Shown: piece after piece, positions 18,994-28,294 of the stretch
How positions within the stretch are numbered: position 1 is the first letter of the stretch
Layout: each line of letters opens with the position of its first letter
NCBI GenBank assembly: GCA_016191645.1
Contig: JACPVQ010000044.1
Coordinates: forward strand, 1,371 to 65,370
Direction of reading: 5' to 3'
DNA from: Candidatus Solibacter usitatus
GTDB taxonomy: Bacteria > Acidobacteriota > Terriglobia > Bryobacterales > Bryobacteraceae
DNA length: 64,000 nt
Notes under the pieces: generated by a model
Seen by the model: the letters and a program-made list of their open reading frames with translations, nothing else
Database searches by the model: none
What the model was told of the DNA's origin: nothing
Program-made: the position numbers and the translations under genes

Positions 18994-20808
18994 TCACGAC
19001 CTGCGAACCGTGACCACCGTGATGTCGTCGTTCTGGCCGAACTCCCTTGCCGTGCCGGCGATTCGCGCGGCCGCCGCCCCGCTGATCGCGCGAGTCCGGT
19101 CGAATCCAAAGAGTTCTCCCGTTGGTCCCGCCGCTTCCACCACGCCATCCGACAGGAAGGTCAGTTGATCCCCCGGGGCCAATTGGATCTCAGTCTCCTC
19201 GTAAATGGCCCCAGGGAGAATGCCCAGCGGAAGTCCGCCGTCCAGGTCCACTTCGGTTCCGTTGCGATATGGATTCAGGTGTCCCGCATTCGCCATCCGA
19301 ACGGTGCCGCCCGGTTCCAGCCGCGCGCAGCAGCAGGTGACGAAACCGCCGTCGAGATGGCCCGCCAACGCGTTGTTCAACGCCGAAAGGACACTGGCCG
19401 GAGTCCGGTCCCGCACCATACGCAGGGACCCGACGATCTCCGAAACATGCATCGCAGCTTTCAGACCTTTACCCGATACATCGCCGACCACCACCAGACG
19501 CGCGTCGCCATCCTCAAGAATGCGATAGAAGTCGCCACCCACTTCATGCGCCGGGTAGCATACGGAGTCGGTGGTGAACTCGCCCTGTGCGGGAGCCGCG
19601 GCGGAAAGCATCAACTGCTGGATCTCCCTGGCCGCCTGAAGCTCACCGGCCATTCGCTGCTTTTCGCCCTTGTCGCGAAGCAGCCGCCCCAAGGTGTCAA
19701 ACAGCATTGAGACGATCACCACGACGGACACCGTTCCTAGCGGTAAGAGAACGTGTCGAAAGTTGATCGCGACAGGGAGGAGCCCAATTCCCAAGTCGTT
19801 GACCGAAATCAAATTCAATCGCAACACGGCGTATAGCAGGATGAGGAAGGCAATCAGCCGCTTCTTCCGGTCCCCTTGTAGTGCGCGCGCACCCCAGAAT
19901 GCCAAAAGGGCCACGGGCAAGATCGCCGGTGAGATGGGTAACGGCAACCATACAAGCAGCGCGGACAACAGTGCCGGGACCCAAATGAACCAGCGCCAAA
20001 ATCCGATTCGGATGACCAGCACCGCCATCGCATACTCGGAGAACCCGATGATCTGGATGGCAGCCGCCGCGTTGTAGAGCGTCGCGATGGCAGCGTGCGA
20101 AGTATTAAGAAGATAATCCGGCAGCGGGATCAGCATGAGGATCCCGCTGGCCCCAAAGCAGAACACCGCCAACCAGAAAAGTTCGCGCCACTCGCGCGCC
20201 CTCCGGTAGGTCCAGATGAGATAGCAGGCGGCGAAGAGGAGAAATAGAGATTGGGGGAGATACCATGTCATGCGGATCGTCATCCGCATCCTCGCTGCCA
20301 TCTCCAGTTCGACGGCGGCTATCGCTGGGGCGATAAGATACGGTCCGAAATCTTTTGCCCGTTGCGCACCCGTCCAAACCAGACGCGCCGGACGCCAGAT
20401 GCGCAGAGCTACCACCGTGTTGGCCGGCCTGAGAATCTCTGGCGCGAGTGCAAACACGCGCGGTTCGACGTACGGCGGATTGTTCGTTCCGAAGCCCGGC
20501 GTTGTCGCAATGCGCAAGCCGTTGACATAAACCTCGTACGACTCGTTCACGCTTCCAATGACGAGCGCCGCATCCTGCCCATCCACAATTGCGGGAGTCC
20601 GCAGCGTGCGGCGCAGCCAATAGACACCGAGTTTCCGATCGACCTCCCATGGCAGGCGTGCCGAACTCCAACCGCTGTCGTCGAAGTTTACGTCCGCATA
20701 GCGCGGGTTGTCATCTTTGCTGATGCGCCAATCGCCGGAGAGATCGGCGTATTGTGCGAAGGCAGAACTGGCGCAGGCCAAGAGCAGCGCGAGCCAGTGA
20801 GAAACCAT
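18994..20808 (-). CDS. Membrane sensor PP2C/SpoIIE-family serine phosphatase
   Basis: Signal peptide plus an extracytoplasmic domain, about 7 TM segments, then the C-terminal PP2C motifs GGDFYRIL and VVGDVSGKGLKAAM. Confidence 0.8.
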   Translation of the reverse strand: MVSHWLALLLACASSAFAQYADLSGDWRISKDDNPRYADVNFDDSGWSSARLPWEVDRKLGVYWLRRTLRTPAIVDGQDAALVIGSVNESYEVYVNGLRIATTPGFGTNNPPYVEPRVFALAPEILRPANTVVALRIWRPARLVWTGAQRAKDFGPYLIAPAIAAVELEMAARMRMTIRMTWYLPQSLFLLFAACYLIWTYRRAREWRELFWLAVFCFGASGILMLIPLPDYLLNTSHAAIATLYNAAAAIQIIGFSEYAMAVLVIRIGFWRWFIWVPALLSALLVWLPLPISPAILPVALLAFWGARALQGDRKKRLIAFLILLYAVLRLNLISVNDLGIGLLPVAINFRHVLLPLGTVSVVVIVSMLFDTLGRLLRDKGEKQRMAGELQAAREIQQLMLSAAAPAQGEFTTDSVCYPAHEVGGDFYRILEDGDARLVVVGDVSGKGLKAAMHVSEIVGSLRMVRDRTPASVLSALNNALAGHLDGGFVTCCCARLEPGGTVRMANAGHLNPYRNGTEVDLDGGLPLGILPGAIYEETEIQLAPGDQLTFLSDGVVEAAGPTGELFGFDRTRAISGAAAARIAGTAREFGQNDDITVVTVRRS

Positions 20809-20827
20809 AGGGTTCCAGGGAAAGAAC

Positions 20828-23233
20828 TTAGGCGATGTCGAACTTTTCCGGATGCAGCGTATTGTCGCCGGTCACCAGAACGGGGCGTTTGAACAACTCC
20901 TCGAGTTCTTCCAGGTAGTCGTTCTCGCGCGATTTGAGCGCGACCGCGACGCCGGGGTGGACACGCAGCATGATCTCCTTGCCTTCGAAATGGGCGGAGA
21001 GCTTTTGCGCCTCCACAAGGATCTCGCTGATGACGGTTTGCACGCTCTTCGTGTAGCCCGAGCCTTCGCAGGTGGGACATGGCGAACAGAGCGTGCGTTC
21101 CAGGCTCTGCTTCACGCGCTTGCGCGTAATGGCGACAAGTCCGAAATCGTTGAACTGGAGGATTTTGTTCGGCGCGCGGTCGGCGCGCATAGCTTCTTCC
21201 AGCGCCTGCATCACCTTCTGGCGATTCTTGCGCTCATCCATGTCGATGAAATCCACCACGATAATGCCGCCCAGATCGCGCAGGCGAATCTGCCGCACAA
21301 TCTCCTTGACGGCATCGGTGTTGGTCTTGACGATGGTGTCTTCCAGGCGGTGCGACTTGCCGACGTACTTGCCGGTATTGATGTCGATCGCCACCAACGC
21401 CTCGGTCTGATTGATGACGATGTAGCCGCCGGTTTTCAGCCAAACTTTCGGCCGCAGCGCTTTTTCCAACTCGCTGGTAATGCCGAAGGCATCGAAGATG
21501 GGCACGTCACGCGTGTATAGCTTTACGCGCGCCGCCATCGCGGCATTGGAGCGTCCCACGAAACGCAGCACGCTTTCGTAAACTTCTTCGTTGTCCACCC
21601 AGATGGCTTTGAAGTTGTCGGTAAGCTGATCGCGCAACAGTCGCTGCACCACTTCCACATCGTGGTAGAGCAGCGCCGGAGCCCGCTGTTTATCGGCCTT
21701 CTGCTTGATCTCCTGCCACAATTGCGACAAGTATTGAACGTCGCCGGCAATCTGTTCTTCCGTTTTTCCTTCCCCGGCCGTGCGCATGATAAAGCCGCCG
21801 GGAATTCCTTCGCGATATTTCTGCAGGATGCGGCGCAGGCGCTGGCGTTCTTCATCCGATGCGATCTTGCGGGAAACGCCGAGATGCTCCACGGTAGGCA
21901 TGTAAACGCAATAACGTCCAGGCAGAGCGATGTGCGAGGTAATGCGCGCGCCCTTCTGACCGATGGGCTCTTTGGCCACTTGAACGACAATCTCCTGCCC
22001 TTGCTTCAGCAACTCCGTGATGGACTGCTGCGGGCGATCTTTCGCGTCGCGCGGCTCACGTGGCGGCGGAGGTTGATCTTCCTTCGCTTCCCGCGGCGCC
22101 GGACGCACTTCAACGCTATCCTTACCGCCGCGGCGGCGGCGCATTCTGCGGCCGCGTCCAAAGCGCGAGGTCTGTTCACGCTGCGAGGAGGACATTGCGT
22201 CCCCGGATGCCGGCGTCGCACCGTCCGCGCCCTCAGCAGCGGGAGCTTCGCCTTCCACGCCTTCCGCCAACACTTCCTCACCAAGCTCTTCTTCGCCTTC
22301 GGCGGATTCGGCTTCCGCTGGCTCCGGTTCCCGCACTGCGGCTTCCGCAGATACGGCCGCCGGCTCATCCGATGCCATCTCTTCGGCGCGAGCTTGAATG
22401 GCATCCAACTCCGCTTCACTCAAACCGTGGGCGGTTTCCTCGGCCTGAGGTTCGGAAGGTGGCTCAGCCGGCAGTTCCGGCATCGCCGCCACCGGCTCGA
22501 CAGGCACTGGTTCCGGCACGGAAACTTCCAATGTGGGAGCCTCCGCCGCAATTTCATCCATCGGGCGGCCCGCGTACGTCCTAAGCGATTCGCCGGGCAA
22601 AACGATACGGTCTTCCGGCGCGGTTTCGGCAGCGGGACCCGCCACATGCTCCACCTCTACGGGCTGCGGAGCGTCTACGCGAGGCGGTGGGGCATCCGAG
22701 GATCGGGCATCGGCGTACTTGCTATCCGGGAACCCGCGTCCGCCGCGGCCACGGCGACGGCGTCCACGGCCGCCTCGATCACCGCCACGATCACCGCCGC
22801 GATCACCACCACGATCCCGATCTCTGCGCTCTCCTTGAGCCGCGGGAGCTGCCGCCGCGATTTCGCCTGCCGGCGCGTCACCGGCCGGTGCAGCCGCCGG
22901 CTCCGCAATCTGAGGCCGCGCTTCCTGCCGCGGGGCTTGCTGCTGCCGCTGTTGATGGCGAGGCCGCCTCTCTTCCGGCGCGCTGAGTTCTTCGTACTCA
23001 TCGCTCTCTTCGAAAAAGTCGGTTACGTAGAGAAACGTATCGCGGTCCAATCCCAAATCGACAAACGCCGATTGCATTCCGGGAAGCACCCGTGTCACGC
23101 GCCCTTTGTGGACGCTGCCCGCAAGCGAATACTCCTGCGAACGTTGATAGAAGATTTCGACCAGTTGGTCGTCTTCGAGAAGCGCCACTTTCGTTTCGTG
23201 GCGATTGGCGGAAATCACCAATTCTTTCGTCAT
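20828..23233 (-). CDS. Rne/Rng-family ribonuclease E/G with a large low-complexity insertion in the S1 domain
   Basis: The S1 start is GSVHKGRVTRVLPGMQSAFVDLG, and S1 resumes about 330 aa later at LLKQGQEIVVQVAKEP. The catalytic core follows (ALVAIDINTGKY, GGIIVVDFIDM, CPTCEGSG zinc link). I placed the start at ATG 23233 (MTKELVISANRHE). Confidence 0.9.
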   Translation of the reverse strand: MTKELVISANRHETKVALLEDDQLVEIFYQRSQEYSLAGSVHKGRVTRVLPGMQSAFVDLGLDRDTFLYVTDFFEESDEYEELSAPEERRPRHQQRQQQAPRQEARPQIAEPAAAPAGDAPAGEIAAAAPAAQGERRDRDRGGDRGGDRGGDRGGRGRRRRGRGGRGFPDSKYADARSSDAPPPRVDAPQPVEVEHVAGPAAETAPEDRIVLPGESLRTYAGRPMDEIAAEAPTLEVSVPEPVPVEPVAAMPELPAEPPSEPQAEETAHGLSEAELDAIQARAEEMASDEPAAVSAEAAVREPEPAEAESAEGEEELGEEVLAEGVEGEAPAAEGADGATPASGDAMSSSQREQTSRFGRGRRMRRRRGGKDSVEVRPAPREAKEDQPPPPREPRDAKDRPQQSITELLKQGQEIVVQVAKEPIGQKGARITSHIALPGRYCVYMPTVEHLGVSRKIASDEERQRLRRILQKYREGIPGGFIMRTAGEGKTEEQIAGDVQYLSQLWQEIKQKADKQRAPALLYHDVEVVQRLLRDQLTDNFKAIWVDNEEVYESVLRFVGRSNAAMAARVKLYTRDVPIFDAFGITSELEKALRPKVWLKTGGYIVINQTEALVAIDINTGKYVGKSHRLEDTIVKTNTDAVKEIVRQIRLRDLGGIIVVDFIDMDERKNRQKVMQALEEAMRADRAPNKILQFNDFGLVAITRKRVKQSLERTLCSPCPTCEGSGYTKSVQTVISEILVEAQKLSAHFEGKEIMLRVHPGVAVALKSRENDYLEELEELFKRPVLVTGDNTLHPEKFDIA
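22777..22822. repeat. 12-bp tandem repeat (about 3.8 units) inside the ribonuclease gene
   Basis: Plus-strand units are GATCACCGCCAC / GATCACCGCCGC / GATCACCACCAC / GATCCCGATC. They encode the (GGDR)n block RDRGGDRGGDRGGDRGG. Confidence 0.8.
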
Positions 23234-23490
23234 TCCTAATCCCTTCCATGGGACGTGTGCGGACTTGGCCGCAATAGGGCTGACCGGTAGGAACTGGATT
23301 CCGATTCGCGGCAGGGGCCGCGGGCAAACAGCTACTTCAGCCGGCGGAGCAACGCTCCCGTCCACGTACTAGCCGCGACACCCGGAACTAAACGCATGCG
23401 CGTTTTCCGCGGCGGGCTCAAAACGCCGGCCTAAAACCTTTTTCAAAATCCTTTTCCAAACTACCCGGAACAACCCGCCACGCCTTTTTT

Positions 23491-24585
23491 CTAATTCACA
23501 TAACGCCGTAAGCGGACGTTGTTCACCAAACCCAGCGTCATGAACGTCGTCAGTACGCTGCAGCCGCCGTAACTCATCAGCGGCATCGGAATTCCTGTTA
23601 CCGGCATTCGGCCAATGACCATGCCGGCGTTCACCAATACGTGGAACAGCAACATCATCGCCGCGCCCATACAGATGAACATCCCCGCCTTGTCGGACGA
23701 GAACCGCGCATTTTGCGTCACCTGCAGGATCAACAGCATGTACAATCCCAATAATACAATCACACCGGCAAACCCATGCTCTTCGGCAAAGGCCGCCATA
23801 ATAAAATCCGTATGCGGCGCCGGCAGAAACCGGAGCTGCGTCTGCGACCCCATGGCGACTCCTTTGCCCCATGCGCCGCCCGAACCCACCGCGATCTTGG
23901 ATTGAATCAACTGGTAGCCCTTTCCTCTTGGGTCCTGTCCCGGATCCACAAAAGTGCTGAGCCGCCGCTTCTGATAATCCAGCAGATAGTAGTTCCATAC
24001 CACCGGAATCAGAACCAATCCAACGACCGCAACCGCCAACCAATGCTGCCATCGCAAACCAAGCAATACAATGCCCGCCATTAGAATGGGAACGAAAGTC
24101 AACGAGGTTCCCAAATCGGGCTGCTTCATCACCAGCGCCATTGGCACGGCAACAAGGCCGCACAACTTCAATAACTGGCCCCTGTCCACCCGGTCGTTTC
24201 GAATGGCCGACAGGTATCTGGCTACCAGCAGGATGATTACCAGTTTAGCGAATTCCGAGATCTGAAAGCTGAATCCACCCGGCAAGGGGATCCAGCGGCG
24301 CGATCCAAAGATCTGCGGGCCCGCCAGGTAAGTGATTAGCAGCAGCACAATGGTGGTTCCATAGAGCAAAGGAACCTGGCCCAGCAGGGTATGGTAATCC
24401 ACGCGGCTAATCAGGTAGGCGAGCAGAATCCCCAACAGGATGGAGAAGGCTTGTTTGCTCCACGCGCCGCGCCAAATGCTGCCGCGCGTGGCGCTGTAGA
24501 TTTGCATCACGCCAACCGCGGAAAGGAACAGCGCGATGCTCCAGATGGTCCAGTCGGAATCGCGAAGGGTTCGTCCGCCGCGCAC
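23491..24585 (-). CDS. rodA: Rod shape-determining SEDS protein RodA
   Basis: 364 aa polytopic FtsW/RodA/SpoVE-family sequence (PDLGT, SEFAK, HTDFI motifs). It lies directly downstream of mrdA. Confidence 0.9.
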   Translation of the reverse strand: MRGGRTLRDSDWTIWSIALFLSAVGVMQIYSATRGSIWRGAWSKQAFSILLGILLAYLISRVDYHTLLGQVPLLYGTTIVLLLITYLAGPQIFGSRRWIPLPGGFSFQISEFAKLVIILLVARYLSAIRNDRVDRGQLLKLCGLVAVPMALVMKQPDLGTSLTFVPILMAGIVLLGLRWQHWLAVAVVGLVLIPVVWNYYLLDYQKRRLSTFVDPGQDPRGKGYQLIQSKIAVGSGGAWGKGVAMGSQTQLRFLPAPHTDFIMAAFAEEHGFAGVIVLLGLYMLLILQVTQNARFSSDKAGMFICMGAAMMLLFHVLVNAGMVIGRMPVTGIPMPLMSYGGCSVLTTFMTLGLVNNVRLRRYVN

Positions 24586-26490
24586 CTATCGAACCTCCTG
24601 ACCGGCGCCGGGCGGCCGTAGAATCGTTTGCATCGCCACGGTCCTGGCGTTTTGCTCCAGCTTTTTCTTTTTGTCGAAATATGCTTTCACGACGTCGCGC
24701 ACAATAGGCGCGGCACGGTCTCCGTGCACGCCGCCTTCAAACAGCGCAACCACCACAATCTCCGCCGAATCTTTGGGAGCGAAGCCGACAAACCACGCAT
24801 TATCGGCATAATCCCGATTGGTCTTATTGGCTTTGCTGAGGTCGAGCGAAACCACCTGCGCGCTGCCCGTCTTGCCGCACATCTCGATACCGGGAATACG
24901 CGCGCGCGCCGCGGTGCCGCCGGCGTTCACCACGCCGCTCATCCCTTGAATCACTCTGAGCAGATGGTCCGCGCCGAGTGAGGCCTTGTGGGCAGCGGCC
25001 GTGCTTTGCGCCTCCTTCACCAGATGCGGGCGGTGCCAAACGCCTCCCGCCGCAAGGCCGCCGATGGCGCGCGCCAGTTGCAGCGGCGTGACGGTCAAAG
25101 CGCCCTGCCCAATGGCCACGGAGATGGTTTCCCCGGCGTACCATTTTTCGCGCTGCGTGCGTACCTTCCAACGCTTGGAAGGGACGAGCCCGGCCAATTC
25201 GTAAGGAAGGTCGATGCCGGACTTGACGCCGAGTCCCGCCATCTCCGCGTAGCGGGCAATATTGTCGATACCCGTCCGGTGACCCGTGGCGTAGAAAAAC
25301 ACGTCGCACGACTTGGAGATGGCCTCGTTCAAGCGGATGGGACCGTGGCCGCCTTTTTGATGGCAGGCGTGCGTAACTCCATAATAAGTAGCCGCGCCGG
25401 TACACGTCACCGCGTAATTGTCTTCAATGGATCCCGTTTCCAATGCCGCAAGGGCCACCACGGGTTTGAAGGTCGAACCCGGGGCAAGCTGCGCCTGCAG
25501 GGCGCGATTCAAAAGCGGCTTGCCGGGATTGGAGACAATCTCTTTCCAACTTGCAGTGGAGATGCGTCCCGACATTTTGTTGGCATCGTAAACCGGGTGG
25601 CTCACCAGCGCGAGCACTTCCCCATTACGCGGGTCCAGGGCGACCACGGAACCGCGGCGGCCCTCCATGGCGAGTTCGGCGACCACTTGCAGATCCAGAT
25701 CCACGGTGAGCTGCAGATTGCGGCCCGGCTCGGCGGGCTTGTAACCCAGCACCAGGCGCTCATTGCCGCGATTGTCCACCATCACCTGGCGCTGGCCATC
25801 AATGCCGCTCAGCAGGTCGTTGTACTGGCGCTCGATGCCGGCCTTGCCGACAATATCGCCCGGTTTGCTTCTGCCGAATTGATCGCTATTCAATTCGTTG
25901 TCGCTGATTTCTCCGACGTATCCCGTTACGTGGGAAGCGAGACCTTCGGCCGGATAAACGCGCGTGTGCGATTCGACGATCTCCATTTCGGGAAACGTTT
26001 CGGGGTCGCGGTGCGAATCGGCAAATGCCAGTTCGGCCGCGGTCAACTCATCCTTGATCGGCATGGGCTCGTATTTAGGACGAGTGCGATCGAAGCGCTT
26101 CAACTTCGCCTCAAGCTCTTCGTAATCGAGATTCAGACCTTCGGCGATCGGTTTCAGATGCGCGTGCTTCAACGTTTCCCGCGACAGAAGCAGCCGGTAG
26201 GAAGCGTGATTATCGACAATCACCCGTCCGTCACGATCGAGGATCTTTCCCCGCGGCGCCATCAGGGGTACGGACTTAATGCGGTTCCGGTCCGCCGCTT
26301 CGACGTAATAGTCGCCGCTGCGAATCTGCAATTCCCAGAAGCCGAAAACCAAAAACAGGAATACGGCGCAAATCAGGTAGTACGACGCGGTAATCCTACG
26401 TTCCGCGAATTTCGTATCTTCGCGTAACAGACGCCGGCTGTCGATGCGGCTATCATCTTCCTGGCCCGGGGGAAACTGCGGCTTCACCAC
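24586..26490 (-). CDS. mrdA: Penicillin-binding protein 2 (elongasome transpeptidase)
   Basis: N-terminal TM anchor, then the transpeptidase motifs STFK (GSTFKP), SxD in place of canonical SxN (SKSCD) and KTG (GKTGSA). Confidence 0.9.
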   Translation of the reverse strand: MVKPQFPPGQEDDSRIDSRRLLREDTKFAERRITASYYLICAVFLFLVFGFWELQIRSGDYYVEAADRNRIKSVPLMAPRGKILDRDGRVIVDNHASYRLLLSRETLKHAHLKPIAEGLNLDYEELEAKLKRFDRTRPKYEPMPIKDELTAAELAFADSHRDPETFPEMEIVESHTRVYPAEGLASHVTGYVGEISDNELNSDQFGRSKPGDIVGKAGIERQYNDLLSGIDGQRQVMVDNRGNERLVLGYKPAEPGRNLQLTVDLDLQVVAELAMEGRRGSVVALDPRNGEVLALVSHPVYDANKMSGRISTASWKEIVSNPGKPLLNRALQAQLAPGSTFKPVVALAALETGSIEDNYAVTCTGAATYYGVTHACHQKGGHGPIRLNEAISKSCDVFFYATGHRTGIDNIARYAEMAGLGVKSGIDLPYELAGLVPSKRWKVRTQREKWYAGETISVAIGQGALTVTPLQLARAIGGLAAGGVWHRPHLVKEAQSTAAAHKASLGADHLLRVIQGMSGVVNAGGTAARARIPGIEMCGKTGSAQVVSLDLSKANKTNRDYADNAWFVGFAPKDSAEIVVVALFEGGVHGDRAAPIVRDVVKAYFDKKKKLEQNARTVAMQTILRPPGAGQEVR

Positions 26491-27023
26491 TATCCTCTGT
26501 CTCTCAGTTTATCCAACAATAGGAAGAGAGGCGCGGCCACCAATGCGTTGAGCACGCCAAGCAGCAGCACCCGGCCCGGATCGAAGCTAACGGGCAGACC
26601 CAGCAGTGCGCGCTGCAGCGTCCAGTAGAGAAACTGATGACCGAGATAGAAGGCAAATGCGACGCCAATGCGCAGCATCGCCGTCTCTGAGGCGAAACGC
26701 TGGCTGAAACCCGCTGCCAAATAACCCACCAGCGTCTTCACGATGCCGAACATTCCCAGCGGCTGGTCGGATAGCGCGTCCTGGACCAACCCAATCCCCG
26801 CGCCTAGAAACAGACCGGCAATGGGTGAGCGGCGCATGAACGCGAAGTAGATGGTCACCAGCAGCGGCAGATCGAGAAACGCCAGGTAGGCGACAAAGCG
26901 CGGAACGTAGATCTGAAAAAGGATGGCCAGCAGCGGCGTTAGAAAAAGAACCAGCGGTTGATACTTGGAGATGGTTCCGCGCGGCTTGCCGGTGACAATC
27001 ACACGGTCGTTGAAATCACTCAT
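26490..27023 (-). CDS. mreD: Rod shape-determining protein MreD
   Basis: 177 aa multi-TM protein between mreC and mrdA. Its stop codon shares one base with the mrdA start codon. Confidence 0.8.
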   Translation of the reverse strand: MSDFNDRVIVTGKPRGTISKYQPLVLFLTPLLAILFQIYVPRFVAYLAFLDLPLLVTIYFAFMRRSPIAGLFLGAGIGLVQDALSDQPLGMFGIVKTLVGYLAAGFSQRFASETAMLRIGVAFAFYLGHQFLYWTLQRALLGLPVSFDPGRVLLLGVLNALVAAPLFLLLDKLRDRG

Positions 27024-27033
27024 GCGTCGCGCT

Positions 27034-28083
27034 TCATCGCTGTCCCGCGGGAGGGGACGCCGTGGTGGAGGAAAAATCGGGCAGGCGTCCGCCTTCGCCG
27101 AACTTCACGCCGGAGGTCTCGCCGAGCTTGCGCACTTTTTCGCGGATGCGGTCGGCGTCAGTGGTGGGGGCGGTGACGGTGTTTCCCGCATTGGGGACTT
27201 CCTGGCGCGCTCCCGGTGTCGTCATTAAATGATAGGGCAGCGGTTCCGCTTTTTCCCCCGGCAGGGGTTGATGCACTCCTCCCACAACGATGAGTACTTC
27301 TTCCAGTCCGAGTTGGAAGGCGCTGGGGGCGACAAAGATCTCTTTGTAGTTTCGTCCCGGGCGAACCACTTTCACCTCGCCCACTAGAAGGCCTTTGGGG
27401 AAGATACGATCATCCCCGGAGGTGTAAAACTTCTCGCCCACTTCCACGCGCAATTCCGACGGGACGTAATCCACCACCAACGTTCCGTGACCCTGACCCT
27501 TTGCCGTGCCATGAACGCGGAATCTCTCCGATACCACGCCGGCCGCGAAGCTGGAATCGGTAAGCAGCATGACCTGCGAAGCGGTGGGGTAGACCGAGAT
27601 CACTTTTCCGGCGATGCCGTCGGGAGTAATGACGGCCATGCCGGGACGCAGACCGGAATTCGATCCGCGATCGACGTAGACGACCTTTGCATTCGTGCCG
27701 GCGGCGTTGGCGACAATGCTGGCGGCAAGCGTCTTCAACGGAGTGGCGGTCTGGAAGATGGCGAGTACGCGGGCGCGGTCCGCCTTGGCCATTTCCGCTT
27801 TCAGGATTTGGTTCTCCAGTTTGTAGCCGTCCATCTCCGTTCGCAATTTCCGGTTTTCCTCGCGGGCGTTGAGAAGGACGAGGTAGTCCTTCAGGAATCC
27901 GGAGGTGCCGCCGCGCACCATTTCCACCACGCGCGCGAAGGGTGTGACCGCCGTTATCGCCCAGATTCGCAGCAGGCGCATGTCCTGCCCGGTCTTCACC
28001 TGATAGGCCAGCAACACCAACTGCGCCGCCAGGATGACCAATAGCGTAGTGAGGTTTTTGTAGCGCTGAAGGATGAATTCCAT
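27034..28083 (-). CDS. mreC: Rod shape-determining protein MreC
   Basis: N-terminal TM, a coiled-coil (REENRKLRTEMDGYKLENQILKAE), MreC beta-barrel regions, and a Pro/Thr-rich tail. Confidence 0.9.
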   Translation of the reverse strand: MEFILQRYKNLTTLLVILAAQLVLLAYQVKTGQDMRLLRIWAITAVTPFARVVEMVRGGTSGFLKDYLVLLNAREENRKLRTEMDGYKLENQILKAEMAKADRARVLAIFQTATPLKTLAASIVANAAGTNAKVVYVDRGSNSGLRPGMAVITPDGIAGKVISVYPTASQVMLLTDSSFAAGVVSERFRVHGTAKGQGHGTLVVDYVPSELRVEVGEKFYTSGDDRIFPKGLLVGEVKVVRPGRNYKEIFVAPSAFQLGLEEVLIVVGGVHQPLPGEKAEPLPYHLMTTPGARQEVPNAGNTVTAPTTDADRIREKVRKLGETSGVKFGEGGRLPDFSSTTASPPAGQR

Positions 28084-28140
28084 CCGTAAGCCACTATCTT
28101 CTCACGGGCCGCGCCGAACTACTACTCTCTGAAAATCTGT

Positions 28141-28273
28141 GTGGGGCAGGTCTCCAGACCTGCGGCGGGATCTCCAGATCCCGCATGGCCTCGTCAGAGG
28201 CCATCGGCTGCGACGCAGCCGCCTCAGAGAATACAGGTACTTCCGGCAGAGGCGATCTGGAGACCTGCCCCAC
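28141..28273 (-). repeat. Multi-hairpin palindromic intergenic repeat, copy B (133 bp, inverted relative to A and C)
   Basis: Read on the plus strand, it aligns almost base-for-base with the reverse complement of copy C. It lacks one 20-bp hairpin module in one arm. Its termini are GTGGGGCAGGTCTCCAGACCTGC ... GATCTGGAGACCTGCCCCAC. Confidence 0.85.
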
Positions 28274-28294
28274 CGTAGGGAAGATTTCGGATGG

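Noticed and set aside
23234-23490. The 257-nt region upstream of the ribonuclease gene, considered as an RNase E autoregulatory leader. It contains the hairpin GCGTTTT-N13-AAAACGC at 23400-23426.
   Set aside because: The idea is plausible by analogy with the E. coli rne 5' UTR. However, I see only one modest hairpin and cannot show conservation or similarity to a known element. It is not reportable as a feature.
23369-24163. A 264-aa ORF overlapping the 3' half of rodA and the rne leader
   Set aside because: It is out of frame with a clear SEDS-family rodA on the same strand. Its composition is biased and it has no motifs.
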